In this document: piece by piece, positions 21,912 through 32,855 of the stretch | Layout of the letters: each line of letters starts with the position of its first letter | Position numbering within the stretch: the first letter of the stretch is position 1 | DNA from: Mesorhizobium sp. | GTDB taxonomy: Bacteria; Pseudomonadota; Alphaproteobacteria; Rhizobiales; Rhizobiaceae | Length of the DNA: 64,000 bases | Direction of reading: 5' to 3' | Assembly: GCA_004020315.1 (NCBI GenBank) | Contig: SAQG01000025.1 | Location: 13,919-77,918 of the forward strand | The notes under the pieces: generated by a model | The model's input: only the letters and a program-made list of their open reading frames with translations | What the model was told of the DNA's origin: nothing | Database searches by the model: none | Program-made: the position numbers and the translations under genes

Positions 21912-22589
21912 TCAGCCGGCCGCCCGGTCGGCCGCTGTCCTGATCGCCTCGATGTTTGCCCGATAGGCTTCGACGCTGCCGCCTTTGAAGATGGCTGCAC
22001 CGGCAACCAGCACGCTGGCGCCGGCGGCAGTCACCAAAGGTGCTGTTTGCGGCGAGATGCCGCCGTCGATCTCGATCCGGATCGGCCGGTCGCCGATCAG
22101 CGCCTTCACCCGCTTGACCTTGTCGACGATCCCCGGGATGAAGGCCTGGCCGCCAAAACCCGGATTGACGGTCATGATCAGGATCAGATCGAGCCGGTCG
22201 AGCACATATTCGATCGCCGTTTCCGGCGTTGCCGGGTTGAGCGATACGCCCGCCTTCTTGCCGAGATTCCTGATCGTCTGCAGCGAACGGTCGAGATGCG
22301 GCCCGGCTTCGGCATGCACCGTCATGCCGTCGCAGCCGGCTTCAGCGAAGGCCTCCAGATAGGGGTCGGCCGGCGCGATCATCAGATGGCAGTCGAAGAA
22401 GGCCTTGGTGCGGTTGCGGATCGCCTTGATCACCGGCGGGCCGAAAGTGATATTGGGCACGAAATGGCCGTCCATGACGTCGAGATGGATCCAGTCGGCG
22501 CCGGCCGCGGCCACCGCCTCGACCTCGTCGCCCAGCTTCGAAAAATCCGACGCCAGCACCGATGGCGCGATCAGGGTCTTGTGAGCCAT
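21912..22589 (-). CDS. rpe: Ribulose-phosphate 3-epimerase
   Basis: [23 protein letters not shown] and IEIDGG motifs. Confidence 0.95.
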   Translation of the reverse strand: MAHKTLIAPSVLASDFSKLGDEVEAVAAAGADWIHLDVMDGHFVPNITFGPPVIKAIRNRTKAFFDCHLMIAPADPYLEAFAEAGCDGMTVHAEAGPHLDRSLQTIRNLGKKAGVSLNPATPETAIEYVLDRLDLILIMTVNPGFGGQAFIPGIVDKVKRVKALIGDRPIRIEIDGGISPQTAPLVTAAGASVLVAGAAIFKGGSVEAYRANIEAIRTAADRAAG

Positions 22590-22801
22590 GTCCGCTTCCC
22601 GTTCCTGAGCCCGCTCCCGCCCTACCGCATCGGCCCGAAAATGGCCAGCCGTCGTGGCAGGAAGACCTTGCTGCCTGGCGTCAGTCGCGAACGGACGCGG
22701 AAAGCTTCATTGGGAGGAGCTGGACGGTTGGGCGCACCGTGCCATGGCCGGAGAACCCCGGCCGGCCCGAGAAAAGGATGTTGGTTGCCTTGCGCAGAAT
22801 G

Positions 22802-22830
22802 CTTGCGCGTCGCGCAGCCTGTTCTTATAT
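22802..22830 (+). promoter_or_regulatory. RpoH (sigma32)-like promoter of dnaK
   Basis: CTTGCG-N16-CTTATAT resembles the rhizobial RpoH consensus CTTGAA-N15/16-CCTATAT. Confidence 0.6.
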
Positions 22831-22951
22831 ACCCGCCAAGCCGTTCGACGCCGGAATGCCGGCTGCCGAAGCGGAATTTCTTGTGAACAGGGGCTTTCGT
22901 CGGAATGCCTGTACGGGTCCTGAGAGCCTGCTTAGCGGAGAGATTAAAAAA

Positions 22952-24868
22952 ATGGCAAAAGTAATCGGTATCGATCTGGGGACCACCAACTCCTGTGTCG
23001 CCATCATGGACGGCAAGGAATCGAAGGTCATCGAGAATGCGGAAGGCGCGCGCACGACCCCTTCCATCGTCGCCATCAACAGCGATGGCGAGCGCCTCGT
23101 CGGCCAGCCGGCCAAGCGCCAGGCGGTCACCAATCCTGAAAACACCATCTTCGCGGTCAAGCGCCTGATCGGCCGCCGCTATGACGATCCGGTGACGGAG
23201 AAGGACAAGAAGCTTGTCCCCTACAAGATCGTCAAGGGCGACAATGGCGACGCCTGGGTCGAGGCCGGCGGCAAGAAACAGTCGCCCAGCCAGATCTCGG
23301 CGATGATCCTGCAGAAGATGAAGGAAACGGCGGAAGCCTATCTCGGCGAAAAGGTCGAGAAGGCGGTCATCACCGTTCCGGCCTATTTCAACGACGCCCA
23401 GCGCCAGGCCACCAAGGATGCCGGCAAGATCGCCGGCCTCGAAGTGCTGCGCATCATCAACGAGCCGACCGCGGCCGCACTTGCCTACGGCCTCGACAAG
23501 AAGGAAGGCAAGACCATTGCCGTCTATGACCTTGGCGGCGGCACGTTCGACATTTCGGTGCTCGAAATCGGCGACGGCGTGTTCGAGGTGAAGTCGACCA
23601 ATGGCGACACCTTCCTCGGCGGCGAGGATTTCGACATGCGTCTGGTCGAATATCTGGCGGCCGAGTTCAAGAAGGAACAGGGCATCGACCTGCGCAGCGA
23701 CAAGCTCGCCCTTCAGCGCCTCAAGGAAGCGGCCGAAAAGGCCAAGATCGAGCTGTCGTCCACCACGCAGACCGAGATCAACCTGCCCTTCATCACCGCC
23801 GATGCCACCGGTCCCAAGCACCTGACGCTGAAGCTGACGCGGGCGAAGTTCGAGAGCCTGGTCGAGGATCTAGTCCAGCGCACGATCGACCCCTGCAAGG
23901 CGGCGCTCAAGGATGCCGGCCTGAAGGCGGGCGAAATCGACGAGGTCGTCCTGGTCGGCGGCATGACCCGCATGCCCAAGATCCAGGAGATCGTGAAGCA
24001 GTTCTTCGGCAAGGAGCCGCACAAGGGCGTCAATCCGGACGAGGTCGTCGCATTGGGTGCCGCCATCCAGGCCGGCGTGCTGCAGGGTGACGTCAAGGAC
24101 GTGCTGTTGCTCGACGTGACGCCGCTGTCGCTCGGCATCGAGACGCTGGGCGGCGTGTTCACGCGCCTGATCGAGCGCAACACGACGATCCCGACCAAGA
24201 AGAGCCAGGTGTTCTCGACGGCCGAGGATTCACAGTCGGCCGTGACCATCCGCGTCTTCCAGGGCGAGCGTGAAATGGCCGCCGACAACAAGGCGCTCGG
24301 CCAGTTCGACCTGGTCGGCATTCCGCCGGCGCCGCGTGGCGTGCCGCAGATCGAGGTCACGTTCGACATCGACGCCAACGGTATCGTCAACGTTTCGGCC
24401 AAGGACAAGGGCACCGGCAAGGAGCACCAGATCCGCATCCAGGCGTCTGGCGGCCTTTCGGACGCCGACATCGAGAAGATGGTGAAGGACGCCGAGGCCA
24501 ATGCCGAGGCCGACAAGAAGCGGCGCGCGCTGGTCGAGGCCCGCAACCAGGCCGAGGCGCTGGTCCATTCCTCGGAGAAGTCGCTGAAGGAATATGGCGA
24601 GAAGGTTTCCGAGGCCGACCGCACGGCGATCGCCGATGCGATCGCGGCGCTGAAGACCGCTGCCGAAGGCGACGACGCGGCCGAGATCGAAGCCAAGACG
24701 CAGGCGCTCGCCGAAACCTCGATGAAGCTCGGCCAGGCCATGTACGAGGCTTCGCAGAAGGAAGCCGCGGAGGCTGACGCCAAGGCGGACGCCGCCAAGG
24801 ACAGCGACGTGGTCGATGCCGACTTCGAGGAAATCAACGAGGACGACGACAAGAAGAAGTCGGCCTGA
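22952..24868 (+). CDS. dnaK: Chaperone DnaK (Hsp70)
   Basis: [30 protein letters not shown] and VVDADFEE motifs; GGAGAG RBS. Confidence 0.98.
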   Translation: MAKVIGIDLGTTNSCVAIMDGKESKVIENAEGARTTPSIVAINSDGERLVGQPAKRQAVTNPENTIFAVKRLIGRRYDDPVTEKDKKLVPYKIVKGDNGDAWVEAGGKKQSPSQISAMILQKMKETAEAYLGEKVEKAVITVPAYFNDAQRQATKDAGKIAGLEVLRIINEPTAAALAYGLDKKEGKTIAVYDLGGGTFDISVLEIGDGVFEVKSTNGDTFLGGEDFDMRLVEYLAAEFKKEQGIDLRSDKLALQRLKEAAEKAKIELSSTTQTEINLPFITADATGPKHLTLKLTRAKFESLVEDLVQRTIDPCKAALKDAGLKAGEIDEVVLVGGMTRMPKIQEIVKQFFGKEPHKGVNPDEVVALGAAIQAGVLQGDVKDVLLLDVTPLSLGIETLGGVFTRLIERNTTIPTKKSQVFSTAEDSQSAVTIRVFQGEREMAADNKALGQFDLVGIPPAPRGVPQIEVTFDIDANGIVNVSAKDKGTGKEHQIRIQASGGLSDADIEKMVKDAEANAEADKKRRALVEARNQAEALVHSSEKSLKEYGEKVSEADRTAIADAIAALKTAAEGDDAAEIEAKTQALAETSMKLGQAMYEASQKEAAEADAKADAAKDSDVVDADFEEINEDDDKKKSA

Positions 24869-24892
24869 GCGGCCTGACGGCAGATCAAGGCA

Positions 24893-24921
24893 GAAAGCCC
24901 GGCGCAAAGCCGGGCTTTTTT
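24893..24921 (+). terminator. Rho-independent terminator after dnaK
   Basis: AAAGCCCGGC-GCAAA-GCCGGGCTTT hairpin followed by a T-run. Confidence 0.85.
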
Positions 24922-24982
24922 GCAACCCTTCCTGAAAAAATGCGAGCCTGATCGAAAAAATGCGAGCAAGCCCGTGTCAACA

Positions 24983-25011
24983 CTGGCATCCCGGCCCCAT
25001 CGCACCTAAAT
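24983..25011 (+). promoter_or_regulatory. Putative RpoH-like promoter of dnaJ
   Basis: CTGGCA-N16-CCTAAAT downstream of the dnaK terminator. Confidence 0.4.
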
Positions 25012-25079
25012 CGGAACAGCGTGCCGGCGAACGACGCAAAAATGCTTCAAGACGTTGAATATCCGGACTGCGGGAAAAG

Positions 25080-26210
25080 ATGAAAGCTGATTTCTACGAA
25101 ACGCTGGGCGTGCAAAAGGGGGCCGACGAGAAGGAGCTCAAGAGCGCTTTCCGCAAGCTGGCCATGCAGTTCCATCCTGATCGCAATCCGGGCGATCATG
25201 CCTGCGAGCACAAGTTCAAGGAAATCAACGAAGCCTACGAAACGCTGAAGGATCCGCAGAAGCGCGCGGCCTACGACCGTTTCGGCCACGCCGCCTTCGA
25301 ACAGGGCGGCATGAACGGCGGCGCGCACGGCTTCGGCGCCGGCGGCTTCGCCGACATCTTTGAAGATATTTTTGGCGACATGATGGGCGGGCGCCAGCGA
25401 CGCTCGTCAGGCGGCCGCGAGCGCGGCGCAGACCTGCGCTACAATATGGAAATCACCCTGGAGGAGGCGTTTGCCGGCAAGACAGCGCAAATCCGCGTGC
25501 CGGCCTCGATCTCCTGCACGGAATGCTCCGGCAGCGGTGCCAAGCCCGGCACCCAGCCCGTCACCTGCTCGATGTGCAACGGCCACGGCAAGGTGCGTGC
25601 CACGCAAGGGTTCTTCTCGATCGAGCGCACCTGCCCGCAATGCCAGGGGCGTGGCCAGACCATCAAGGAGCCGTGCCCGAAATGCGCCGGCCAGGGCCGC
25701 GTCACCGAGGAGCGCTCGCTTTCGGTCAACATCCCGGCCGGCATCGAGGACGGCACCCGCATCCGCCTTGCCAATGAGGGCGAGGCCGGCCTGCGCGGCG
25801 GCCCGTCGGGCGATCTCTATATTTTCCTGGCGGTCAAGCCGCACGAATTCTTCCAGCGCGACGGCGCCGATCTCTACTGCAAGGTGCCGATCTCGATGAC
25901 GACGGCTGCCCTTGGCGGTTCCTTCGAGGTGACGACGCTGGACGGCACCCAGACGAAGGTGAAGGTGCCGGAAGGCACCCAGAACGGCCGCCAGTTCCGC
26001 CTCAAGGGCAAAGGCATGCCGGTGCTGCGCCAACACAACGTCGGCGACCTCTATATCCAGACCGCAGTCGAGACGCCGCAGAACCTTTCCCGCCGCCAGC
26101 GCGAGCTGCTGGAGGAGTTCGAGCAGCTTTCCTCGAAGGATAATTCGCCCCAGTCGAGCGGCTTTTTCGCCCGTATGAAGGACTTTTTCGAAACCTTCGG
26201 CGAGCGCTGA
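25080..26210 (+). CDS. dnaJ: Chaperone DnaJ
   Basis: J-domain HPD, G/F-rich region, four CxxCxGxG repeats. Confidence 0.98.
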   Translation: MKADFYETLGVQKGADEKELKSAFRKLAMQFHPDRNPGDHACEHKFKEINEAYETLKDPQKRAAYDRFGHAAFEQGGMNGGAHGFGAGGFADIFEDIFGDMMGGRQRRSSGGRERGADLRYNMEITLEEAFAGKTAQIRVPASISCTECSGSGAKPGTQPVTCSMCNGHGKVRATQGFFSIERTCPQCQGRGQTIKEPCPKCAGQGRVTEERSLSVNIPAGIEDGTRIRLANEGEAGLRGGPSGDLYIFLAVKPHEFFQRDGADLYCKVPISMTTAALGGSFEVTTLDGTQTKVKVPEGTQNGRQFRLKGKGMPVLRQHNVGDLYIQTAVETPQNLSRRQRELLEEFEQLSSKDNSPQSSGFFARMKDFFETFGER

Positions 26211-26352
26211 TGGCGACTCTCGCCAATCGGGTGTAGGGTACGATCAAGCGGAAGCTTCCCTAGCGTCATCAACATCTTATACCGGCATCCGCCTTGCCTT
26301 GGACCCCGTAGCTGCTAAGTAGCCACTCGGGGGAGCGTTCAGGAGAACTTGC

Positions 26353-26958
26353 ATGGCACATGGTCCCGGACTGCGAAAAGTGCTGGCGGAGAAGTTCGAC
26401 GACGAACTGAAGTTCTTCAAGGGCTGGATCGACAAGCCGAAGGCGGTCGGTTCGATCGTGCCGACCAGTTCCATCACGGCCCGCAAGATGGCCTCCGTCG
26501 TCGACCCGGACTCGGGCCTGCCGGTGCTCGAAGTCGGGCCCGGCACGGGCGTCATCACCCGAGCCATCCTCGCCCAGGGCGTAAAGCCTGAAAATCTTTA
26601 TGCGGTCGAATATTCCACCGATTTCGTACGCCATCTGCGCCAGCTCTACCCCGGCGTCAACGTCATCGAGGGCGACGCCTTCAATCTCGATGCGACGCTC
26701 GGCGACAGGAGCGGCCTGATCTTCGATTCGGTCATCTCCGGCGTGCCATTGCTCAATTTCCCGGTCGCCCAGCGCGTTGCCTATGTCGAAAGCCTTCTCG
26801 ATCGCATCCCGACAGGCCGCCCGGTCGTGCAGCTGACCTACGGCCCGCTGTCGCCGATCCCGCCCGGCCGCGGCGATTACACGGTCGAGCATTTCCATTT
26901 CGTCATCCGCAACATCCCGCCAACGCAGCTGTGGATCTACCGACGCGGGGCGCACTAG
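26353..26958 (+). CDS. pmtA: Phospholipid N-methyltransferase
   Basis: VLEVGPGTG SAM motif, SGVPLLNFP and RNIPP; rhizobial dnaKJ-pmtA order. Confidence 0.88.
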   Translation: MAHGPGLRKVLAEKFDDELKFFKGWIDKPKAVGSIVPTSSITARKMASVVDPDSGLPVLEVGPGTGVITRAILAQGVKPENLYAVEYSTDFVRHLRQLYPGVNVIEGDAFNLDATLGDRSGLIFDSVISGVPLLNFPVAQRVAYVESLLDRIPTGRPVVQLTYGPLSPIPPGRGDYTVEHFHFVIRNIPPTQLWIYRRGAH

Positions 26959-27052
26959 TCAAAACCGTTCCGGTTGAACGACCGAGTTCGATTGTTGCGG
27001 TAAGCACAGCTGTCCGCCACATCGACCGCCTACCTATCGGAAGAGAACGAAG

Positions 27053-27406
27053 ATGTGGGTAATCTGGAGCGGGGTGACAGTAGCGTGGGAGCTGGAGTGG
27101 TTTGACAAAAAGGGTGAGAGACTGAGCGGCAGTATCTTGCTGAAGAACTTCGGTGAAGAAGACATGCGTCCGGTTCTGGTTGTTGATGATCAGTCCCTTT
27201 GCGGCGGCTACTACCCGATAGATGAGGCTCGTGCCGCACGCTTGCTCGAATTGACCGATATTGCGATTGATCTTGGTAAATATGACTATTTTCTGGGAGC
27301 GGCCGACACCGGGTTGACCGAAGCAGACAGGTCCATCGATCCGAGCGATTTTCCCGAGCAAGAGGTGTGGTATCCGACTCCGCGCGCTCTCCCGGGGGGC
27401 GTTTAG
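27053..27406 (+). CDS. Small acidic hypothetical protein resembling colicin E3/cloacin-type immunity proteins (alternative GTG start 27074)
   Basis: LEWFDKKGERLSG...KNFGEE...GGYYPI...IDLGKYDYFL pattern; AT-richer than neighbours. Confidence 0.5.
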   Translation: MWVIWSGVTVAWELEWFDKKGERLSGSILLKNFGEEDMRPVLVVDDQSLCGGYYPIDEARAARLLELTDIAIDLGKYDYFLGAADTGLTEADRSIDPSDFPEQEVWYPTPRALPGGV

Positions 27407-27529
27407 GGAAGCCGTGGAAGTCACCCCCAAACGTAGAGCCAAATGAATTGCCCATCAGTTTCGATTTTTGGGCCGGTGCGTTGATTTGAGCGATCCTTGG
27501 CTGTACCTGTCCGGGAACAAGGGTGGCCG

Positions 27530-28126
27530 ATGGCAGTGATCCCGAAAATTCTCGTCTTCGCGGGCTCGATTCGCACTGGCGCCTTTAGCGGCAGGACCGC
27601 TGACGTGGCGCAGAAGGAACTCGCTCTGCAGGGCGCCGAGGTGACCCGCATCTCGCTTGCCGACTATCCGCTGCCGATCCTCGACGAGGACCTGGAGAAG
27701 GAGAAGGGCGTTCCCGAAAACGCCATCAAGCTTGCCCGGCAGATCGCCGCCCATGACGGGCTGCTGATCGCGACGCCCGAATATAACGGCTCCATCCCGC
27801 CGCTGCTCAAGAACACCATCGACTGGGTGAGCCGGGTGCGCACGGATGGCGGGCGGTCGTTCAGGCCGTTCACCGGCAAGCCCGCCGGCCTTTGTTCGTC
27901 TTCCAAAGGGCACTTCGCCGGGGTACGCTGCATCAACCATCTGCGCGCCGTGCTGGTACGCTGCCAGATGGAGGTGGTGACGCCGGAGTGCTCGGTGCCG
28001 GAGGGCGGCAACGCCTTCGACGACGACGGGAATTTCAGGGACGAGAGACTGCACAGATCGATGGAGCACCTATGCCGCACGCTGATCGAAACCTCGCGCA
28101 TGCTGTCGACGCGGATCGAGGTGTGA
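27530..28126 (+). CDS. NADPH-dependent FMN reductase
   Basis: [10 protein letters not shown] and [18 protein letters not shown] motifs. Confidence 0.9.
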   Translation: MAVIPKILVFAGSIRTGAFSGRTADVAQKELALQGAEVTRISLADYPLPILDEDLEKEKGVPENAIKLARQIAAHDGLLIATPEYNGSIPPLLKNTIDWVSRVRTDGGRSFRPFTGKPAGLCSSSKGHFAGVRCINHLRAVLVRCQMEVVTPECSVPEGGNAFDDDGNFRDERLHRSMEHLCRTLIETSRMLSTRIEV

Positions 28127-28830
28127 TCCAGGAGCGCGCCATCACCATGCAAGACAGGCTGATCGTCGGCCTTGACGTGCCCACGCTGAAGGACGCCGAG
28201 AAGGTGGTGCGCGAGCTCGACGGGGTCGTCTCCTTCTACAAGATCGGCTATCAGCTCGCCTTCGCCGGCGGCCTCGATTTCGCCCGCGAGCTCGCCAGCG
28301 GCGGCACCAGGATCTTCCTCGACATGAAGCTGCTCGACATCGACAACACGGTGGCCAAGGGCGTCGAAGCCATCGCCAGGATGGGCATGACCATGCTGAC
28401 GCTGCACGCCTATCCGAAGACGATGAAGGCAGCGGTCGAGGCCGCCAGGGGCAGCGATCTCTGCCTGCTTGGCGTCACCGTGCTGACTTCGATGGACGAG
28501 CAGGACGTGATCGACGCCGGCTATGAACACGACCCGCATACGCTGGTGCTGAGGCGCTCCGAACAGGCGCTGCACGCCGGCATGGGCGGCATCGTCTGCT
28601 CGGCCGAGGAAGCGGAAGCGGTGCGCCGGATCGTCGGCCCCAACATGGCCGTCGTCACGCCGGGGATACGCCCCAAGGGCAGCGACCATGGCGACCAGAA
28701 ACGCGTGGTGACGCCGGCGCAGGCGATCCGCAACGGCTCCAGCCATCTCGTCGTCGGCCGGCCGATCGTCGGCGCGCCAGACAGGCGGGCGGTCGCGGAA
28801 GCCATTCTCGATGAAATGCGCTCGGCATAG
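28123..28830 (+). CDS. pyrF: Orotidine-5'-phosphate decarboxylase
   Basis: [31 protein letters not shown] and VVGRPI motifs (start GTG 28123 or ATG 28147). Confidence 0.93.
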   Translation: MIQERAITMQDRLIVGLDVPTLKDAEKVVRELDGVVSFYKIGYQLAFAGGLDFARELASGGTRIFLDMKLLDIDNTVAKGVEAIARMGMTMLTLHAYPKTMKAAVEAARGSDLCLLGVTVLTSMDEQDVIDAGYEHDPHTLVLRRSEQALHAGMGGIVCSAEEAEAVRRIVGPNMAVVTPGIRPKGSDHGDQKRVVTPAQAIRNGSSHLVVGRPIVGAPDRRAVAEAILDEMRSA

Positions 28831-28859
28831 CGGCCCAGAAACAACTTCGGAGAAAAAGC

Positions 28860-29147
28860 ATGCCCAAGGGATATTGGATTGCCCGCGTCGATGTGCGCGA
28901 TGCGGAAGGCTACAAGGACTATGTCGCCGCCGCCAAGCTTGCCTTCGACCGTTTCGATGTAAAATTCCTGGCACGCGGCGGTGCGCATGAAAAGGCCGAG
29001 GGGCCGGGTCGCGACCGCAACGTCATCATCGAGTTTCCGTCATTGGCTGCGGCGCACGATTGCTATCACTCGCCGGAGTATCAGCGGGCGGTCGCGATCC
29101 GCCAGAAAGTAGCCGACGGCGAGATTGTGCTGGTCGAAGGGCTTTAG
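28860..29147 (+). CDS. DUF1330 family protein
   Basis: MPKGYWIARVDV...FLARGG...IEFPS...YHSPEYQ...VEG pattern. Confidence 0.85.
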   Translation: MPKGYWIARVDVRDAEGYKDYVAAAKLAFDRFDVKFLARGGAHEKAEGPGRDRNVIIEFPSLAAAHDCYHSPEYQRAVAIRQKVADGEIVLVEGL

Positions 29148-29148
29148 T

Positions 29149-29523
29149 TCAGCGGCAACCGCTGCGTCGGTCAGGCCGAATGCAGGATGTAAAGCTTGCG
29201 CGTTTCTCGTGGATGGTCCATTCGCCCTCCCAGCCAAGCGGCAGGACGAGCAATTCGCCGGGTCCGACGTCTTTGGCCGCGCCGTCGGGACCGTGCAGCG
29301 TCACGCGGCCGGAGACGATGTGGCAAATCTCGGAATTAGTGTCTCGGCGCGCGGTGAACCGGCCCTGAGAACATTCCCAGACACCGACCTCGATCTTGCC
29401 ATCCTCCGAAGTCCAAAGGGTGTTGGCTGCTTCCAGCTGATCGCCCTCCACCGAGGTCGGTTTCGGCTGGGGCTCGCCGAGGTCGATATGCGCAAGGTGG
29501 GCGAAGGTCTTGAAGTCGATCAT
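29149..29523 (-). CDS. Cupin (DUF861/EutQ-like) protein; C-terminus probably frameshifted near 29204
   Basis: GVWECSQG, EICHIVSG and LPLGWEGEW motifs; one added base gives EKTRKLYILHSA* ending at 29171. Confidence 0.75.
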   Translation of the reverse strand: MIDFKTFAHLAHIDLGEPQPKPTSVEGDQLEAANTLWTSEDGKIEVGVWECSQGRFTARRDTNSEICHIVSGRVTLHGPDGAAKDVGPGELLVLPLGWEGEWTIHEKRASFTSCIRPDRRSGCR

Positions 29524-29549
29524 GCCGAAAATCCTCCAGGTGATGCGGT

Positions 29550-30935
29550 TCAGTGCCCGGTGATGCGATCGGCCAGGGCCGCCAGCCGCGATGTGCGCGG
29601 CAGGCCCTTTGCTTCCCGCTCGTCGGCAATTCGATAGAGCTGATACATGGAATGGACGCCCAGCCAGCGCAGCGGCTCTGGCTCCCATTTGCGCACGGTT
29701 CGATTGACCCAGGGAAGCCGCGTCAGCTCGGTGTCGTTGTCCAGCAGAAGATCCCTCAGCGTGCGTCCCGAGAGGTTCGAGGTGGACACGCCGAGGCCGA
29801 CATAGCCGCCTGCCCAGCCTATTCCGGTCTGCTTGTCAAAGCCCACCGTCGTGCACCAGTCACGCGGTACGCCCAGCGTTCCACACCAGGCATGGTCGAG
29901 ACTGAGCCCCTTGGTCTGCGGCAGAAGCATCGTCAGGATCTTGTGCAGCTTGTCGATCGTCGCGTGCTGGGTGACGCCCCGGACGTCGGTCTTCGAGCCA
30001 AACCGATAGGGTACCCCGCGCCCGCCCATGGCAATGCGTCCTTCCCGGGTGCGCTGGGCGTAACAGTATGTGTGTGCGGCGTCGCCGAGCACCTCATAGC
30101 CGTCCCAGCCGATTTCACTCCACAGCTTTTCGGACAATGGCTCGGTGACCACGATGGCGCTGTTGAGCGCCAACCAAAGCCTTTCATGACCGGCAATTCC
30201 GGCGGTGAAGCCCTCGGTCGCCCGCACGATCTTTTCGGCCCGCACCACGCCCCGGTTGGTTGCGACCTTACCCTTTTCGATCGACAGCACGGTCGTCTGT
30301 TCGTAGATCGGGACACCGAGGCGCTCCACTGCCCTGGCGAGCCCCTGCACCAGCTTTGCGGGCTGAACCCGCGCAACTTTCTTGATGACGAAGGCACTGC
30401 GCGCGTTGTGTACCGCTATGCGCCGGCGCATCTCCGCAGCGTCGATATACCCCACGCGTTCATCAGTCAGTTCCCAGGATCTGGCATGGGCATACATCGC
30501 CTTGGCGCGCTGCTCCTGCGCCTCGTTGGTTGCGACCAGCAATTCGTCGGTACGGCGAATGTCGGCGTCGATGCCTTCGGTTTCCGCGACAGATATGACC
30601 TCGTTCACCGTACCGGTCATTGCCGCCTGCATGGCGATGACTCCAGCGCGCGAAGTTGCCCTCTCATATTTCTCGCGCGACCATGAGAACCCGCCGGACA
30701 GCCAGCCGCCATTGCGTCCCGAAGCACCGAAGCCGGCGAACTCCTTCTCGACGATTACAATGTTGAGGTGGGGCGCTGCCTGCTTCAGATAATAGGCGGT
30801 CCAAAGGCCGGTGTAGCCAGCCCCGACGATGCATACGTCGGCCACGATATCGCCCTGCAGCGGCGGTCGATAGTCGGGTAAGCCGCCGATGTCGGCATAC
30901 CAGAATGAAACGTCGCCGTTCTTCTTCACGTCCAT
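29550..30935 (-). CDS. FAD-dependent oxidoreductase (DadA/PuuB-like amine oxidase)
   Basis: VGAGYTGLWTAYYL, GASGRNGG, VRATEG, GGYVGLGV and WEPEP motifs; ATG 30935. Confidence 0.88.
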   Translation of the reverse strand: MDVKKNGDVSFWYADIGGLPDYRPPLQGDIVADVCIVGAGYTGLWTAYYLKQAAPHLNIVIVEKEFAGFGASGRNGGWLSGGFSWSREKYERATSRAGVIAMQAAMTGTVNEVISVAETEGIDADIRRTDELLVATNEAQEQRAKAMYAHARSWELTDERVGYIDAAEMRRRIAVHNARSAFVIKKVARVQPAKLVQGLARAVERLGVPIYEQTTVLSIEKGKVATNRGVVRAEKIVRATEGFTAGIAGHERLWLALNSAIVVTEPLSEKLWSEIGWDGYEVLGDAAHTYCYAQRTREGRIAMGGRGVPYRFGSKTDVRGVTQHATIDKLHKILTMLLPQTKGLSLDHAWCGTLGVPRDWCTTVGFDKQTGIGWAGGYVGLGVSTSNLSGRTLRDLLLDNDTELTRLPWVNRTVRKWEPEPLRWLGVHSMYQLYRIADEREAKGLPRTSRLAALADRITGH

Positions 30936-30958
30936 TGTCGCGATTTCCCAGATAGGAT

Positions 30959-32068
30959 TCAGGTCAGCGTGAAATCGGCATTTTCGTCGTCCGCCAACAG
31001 CTTCACGTCGCTGCCCGCGAATATGAGGTCGACCTCGTCGCCGATGGCGAAGGTCTCGGCGTCCAGCGTCGAGCGCACGATCGCCTTGGAGCTGTCGGCC
31101 AGCACGACCTCGTATTTGGAGCCAGATCCGAGGTAGATGGCCTCGCCGATGCGCCCGGGCAAGGTGTTTCGATCCTGTCCGCCCTTCCCCCGCCTGGCGA
31201 GGCTCAGCTTCTCCGGCCGCAGCAGCATCACCGGTTTGGCGCCGTCGGAAAGGCGTTTGGCGGCAGCCACTTTCCGTCCGGCTACGTCGATGGCGGTCTC
31301 GTTCCCGGAGGTGGAGGCCGCGCCGCGCAGGATCGTCGAGTCGCCGACGAACTTTCCGACAAACAAGGTCTCGGGCTCGTCGTAGAGTTGGCGGCCGGTG
31401 CCGATCTGCTCGATGCGTCCCTGGTTGAACACGGCGATGCGGTCCGAGAGAACCAGCGCCTCCTCCTGGTCGTGCGTGACGTAAACGAAGGTGGTGCCCA
31501 ATTCCCTGTGAATCCGTTTGATCTCGAGCTGCAGCCATTCGCGCAGCTTCTTGTCGAGCGCGCCGAGCGGCTCGTCCATCAGGAGCAGCGGCGGGTCGAA
31601 CACGATGGCACGCGCCAGCGCGACGCGCTGCTGCTGCCCGCCGGAGAGCTCGCTGGGGAAGCGGTGGCCGAAATCCGCCATCTTCACCATGTCCAGCGCC
31701 TTGCGCACCCGGGACTCGCGATCGGGATTGGCGATGCCGCGCAAGGTCAGCGGATATGCGACGTTCCTGCTGACCGTCATGTGCGGGAACAGCGCGTAGT
31801 GCTGAAACACCACGCCGATGTTGCGTTTGTGCGCCGGTACGCCGATGACGCTCTTGCCGCCGACATCAAGCGAACCCGAGCTGACCTCGGTGAAGCCGGC
31901 GATGACGTTGAGCGTGGTTGTCTTGCCCGAACCGCTGGGTCCGAGCAGCGTCATGAACTCCCCCGGCTCGATGCGCAGCGAAACCTTATCGAGAGCGATG
32001 AAGCTGCCATAGTGTTTGCTGACGGATTTGAGATCGATGGCTGCGCCGCGGGTCGATGATGAAGCCAT
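30959..32068 (-). CDS. Polyamine-type ABC transporter ATP-binding protein (PotA-like)
   Basis: [23 protein letters not shown] and DEPLGALDKKLRE motifs. Confidence 0.9.
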   Translation of the reverse strand: MASSSTRGAAIDLKSVSKHYGSFIALDKVSLRIEPGEFMTLLGPSGSGKTTTLNVIAGFTEVSSGSLDVGGKSVIGVPAHKRNIGVVFQHYALFPHMTVSRNVAYPLTLRGIANPDRESRVRKALDMVKMADFGHRFPSELSGGQQQRVALARAIVFDPPLLLMDEPLGALDKKLREWLQLEIKRIHRELGTTFVYVTHDQEEALVLSDRIAVFNQGRIEQIGTGRQLYDEPETLFVGKFVGDSTILRGAASTSGNETAIDVAGRKVAAAKRLSDGAKPVMLLRPEKLSLARRGKGGQDRNTLPGRIGEAIYLGSGSKYEVVLADSSKAIVRSTLDAETFAIGDEVDLIFAGSDVKLLADDENADFTLT

Positions 32069-32069
32069 G

Positions 32070-32855
32070 TCAACGTTTTCCCTGTCTCGAACCGATCACC
32101 AGCCCTGCCCCGATCACCAGCGACGTCGTGATGAAGAGCAGCGTGCCCACCGCCGCAACAGTGGGGTCGGCGTCCCGGGTAATGCTCGAGAATATCTGGA
32201 CCGGCAGTGTCTTCAGATAGGGGCTGGTGATGAACAGCGCGACGATGATCTCGTCGAATGAGGTTACGAACGCAAACAGCAGGCCCGACAAAATGCCCGG
32301 CGCGATCAGCGGCAACGTCACCGTCCTGAACGCCGTCAGCCGGGTCGCGCCGAGGCTGGCCGCGGCAGTCTCCAGCCGCTTGTCGAAGACTTCCAGGCTG
32401 GCGGAGACGGCGATGATGACGAAAGGGACGGCGAGCATCGTGTGGGCCAGCACGAAGCCGGTCATGGTGCCGACCAAACGCGTATCGAGATAGACCGCGT
32501 AGATCCCGACGGCGAGCACCACCCCCGGCACGACCATTGGCGTGATCAGCAGTGCCCGCAGCACGCCGCTGACGCGGCTTTTCATGCGATCGAGGCCGAA
32601 TGCCGCCAGCGTGCCGATGACGGTGGCGAACACCGCCGTGACGACGGCAACTTTGAGCGAGCCGACCAGGCTCGCCGACCATTCGGGGCTGGTGAAAAAG
32701 TTCTGGTACCACTGCCAGGAAAAGCCGGATGGCGCAAAGGCCAGCGACTTCTTGTCGTTGAACGACATCGGCACGACGACGATTGTCGGTGCGACCAGCC
32801 AGACCGCGACCAGCAGGCAGTACAGACCGAGCAGGATTCGACCGGGCTGTTTCAT
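32070..32855 (-). CDS. Polyamine-type ABC transporter permease (PotC-like)
   Basis: AAASLGA, FVTSFDE and TLPV motifs; ATG 32855 overlaps the upstream stop. Confidence 0.88.
   Translation of the reverse strand: MKQPGRILLGLYCLLVAVWLVAPTIVVVPMSFNDKKSLAFAPSGFSWQWYQNFFTSPEWSASLVGSLKVAVVTAVFATVIGTLAAFGLDRMKSRVSGVLRALLITPMVVPGVVLAVGIYAVYLDTRLVGTMTGFVLAHTMLAVPFVIIAVSASLEVFDKRLETAAASLGATRLTAFRTVTLPLIAPGILSGLLFAFVTSFDEIIVALFITSPYLKTLPVQIFSSITRDADPTVAAVGTLLFITTSLVIGAGLVIGSRQGKR

Noticed and set aside
22562..22951. N-terminal extension of DnaK (768-aa ORF)
   Set aside because: The canonical start [11 protein letters not shown] at 22952 has an RBS; the upstream part contains the promoter.
22622..25005. 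Long antisense ORFs opposite dnaK and many other long overlapping ORFs in the track
   Set aside because: Typical shadow ORFs of high-GC codon bias; no motifs or RBS, and they overlap well-supported genes.
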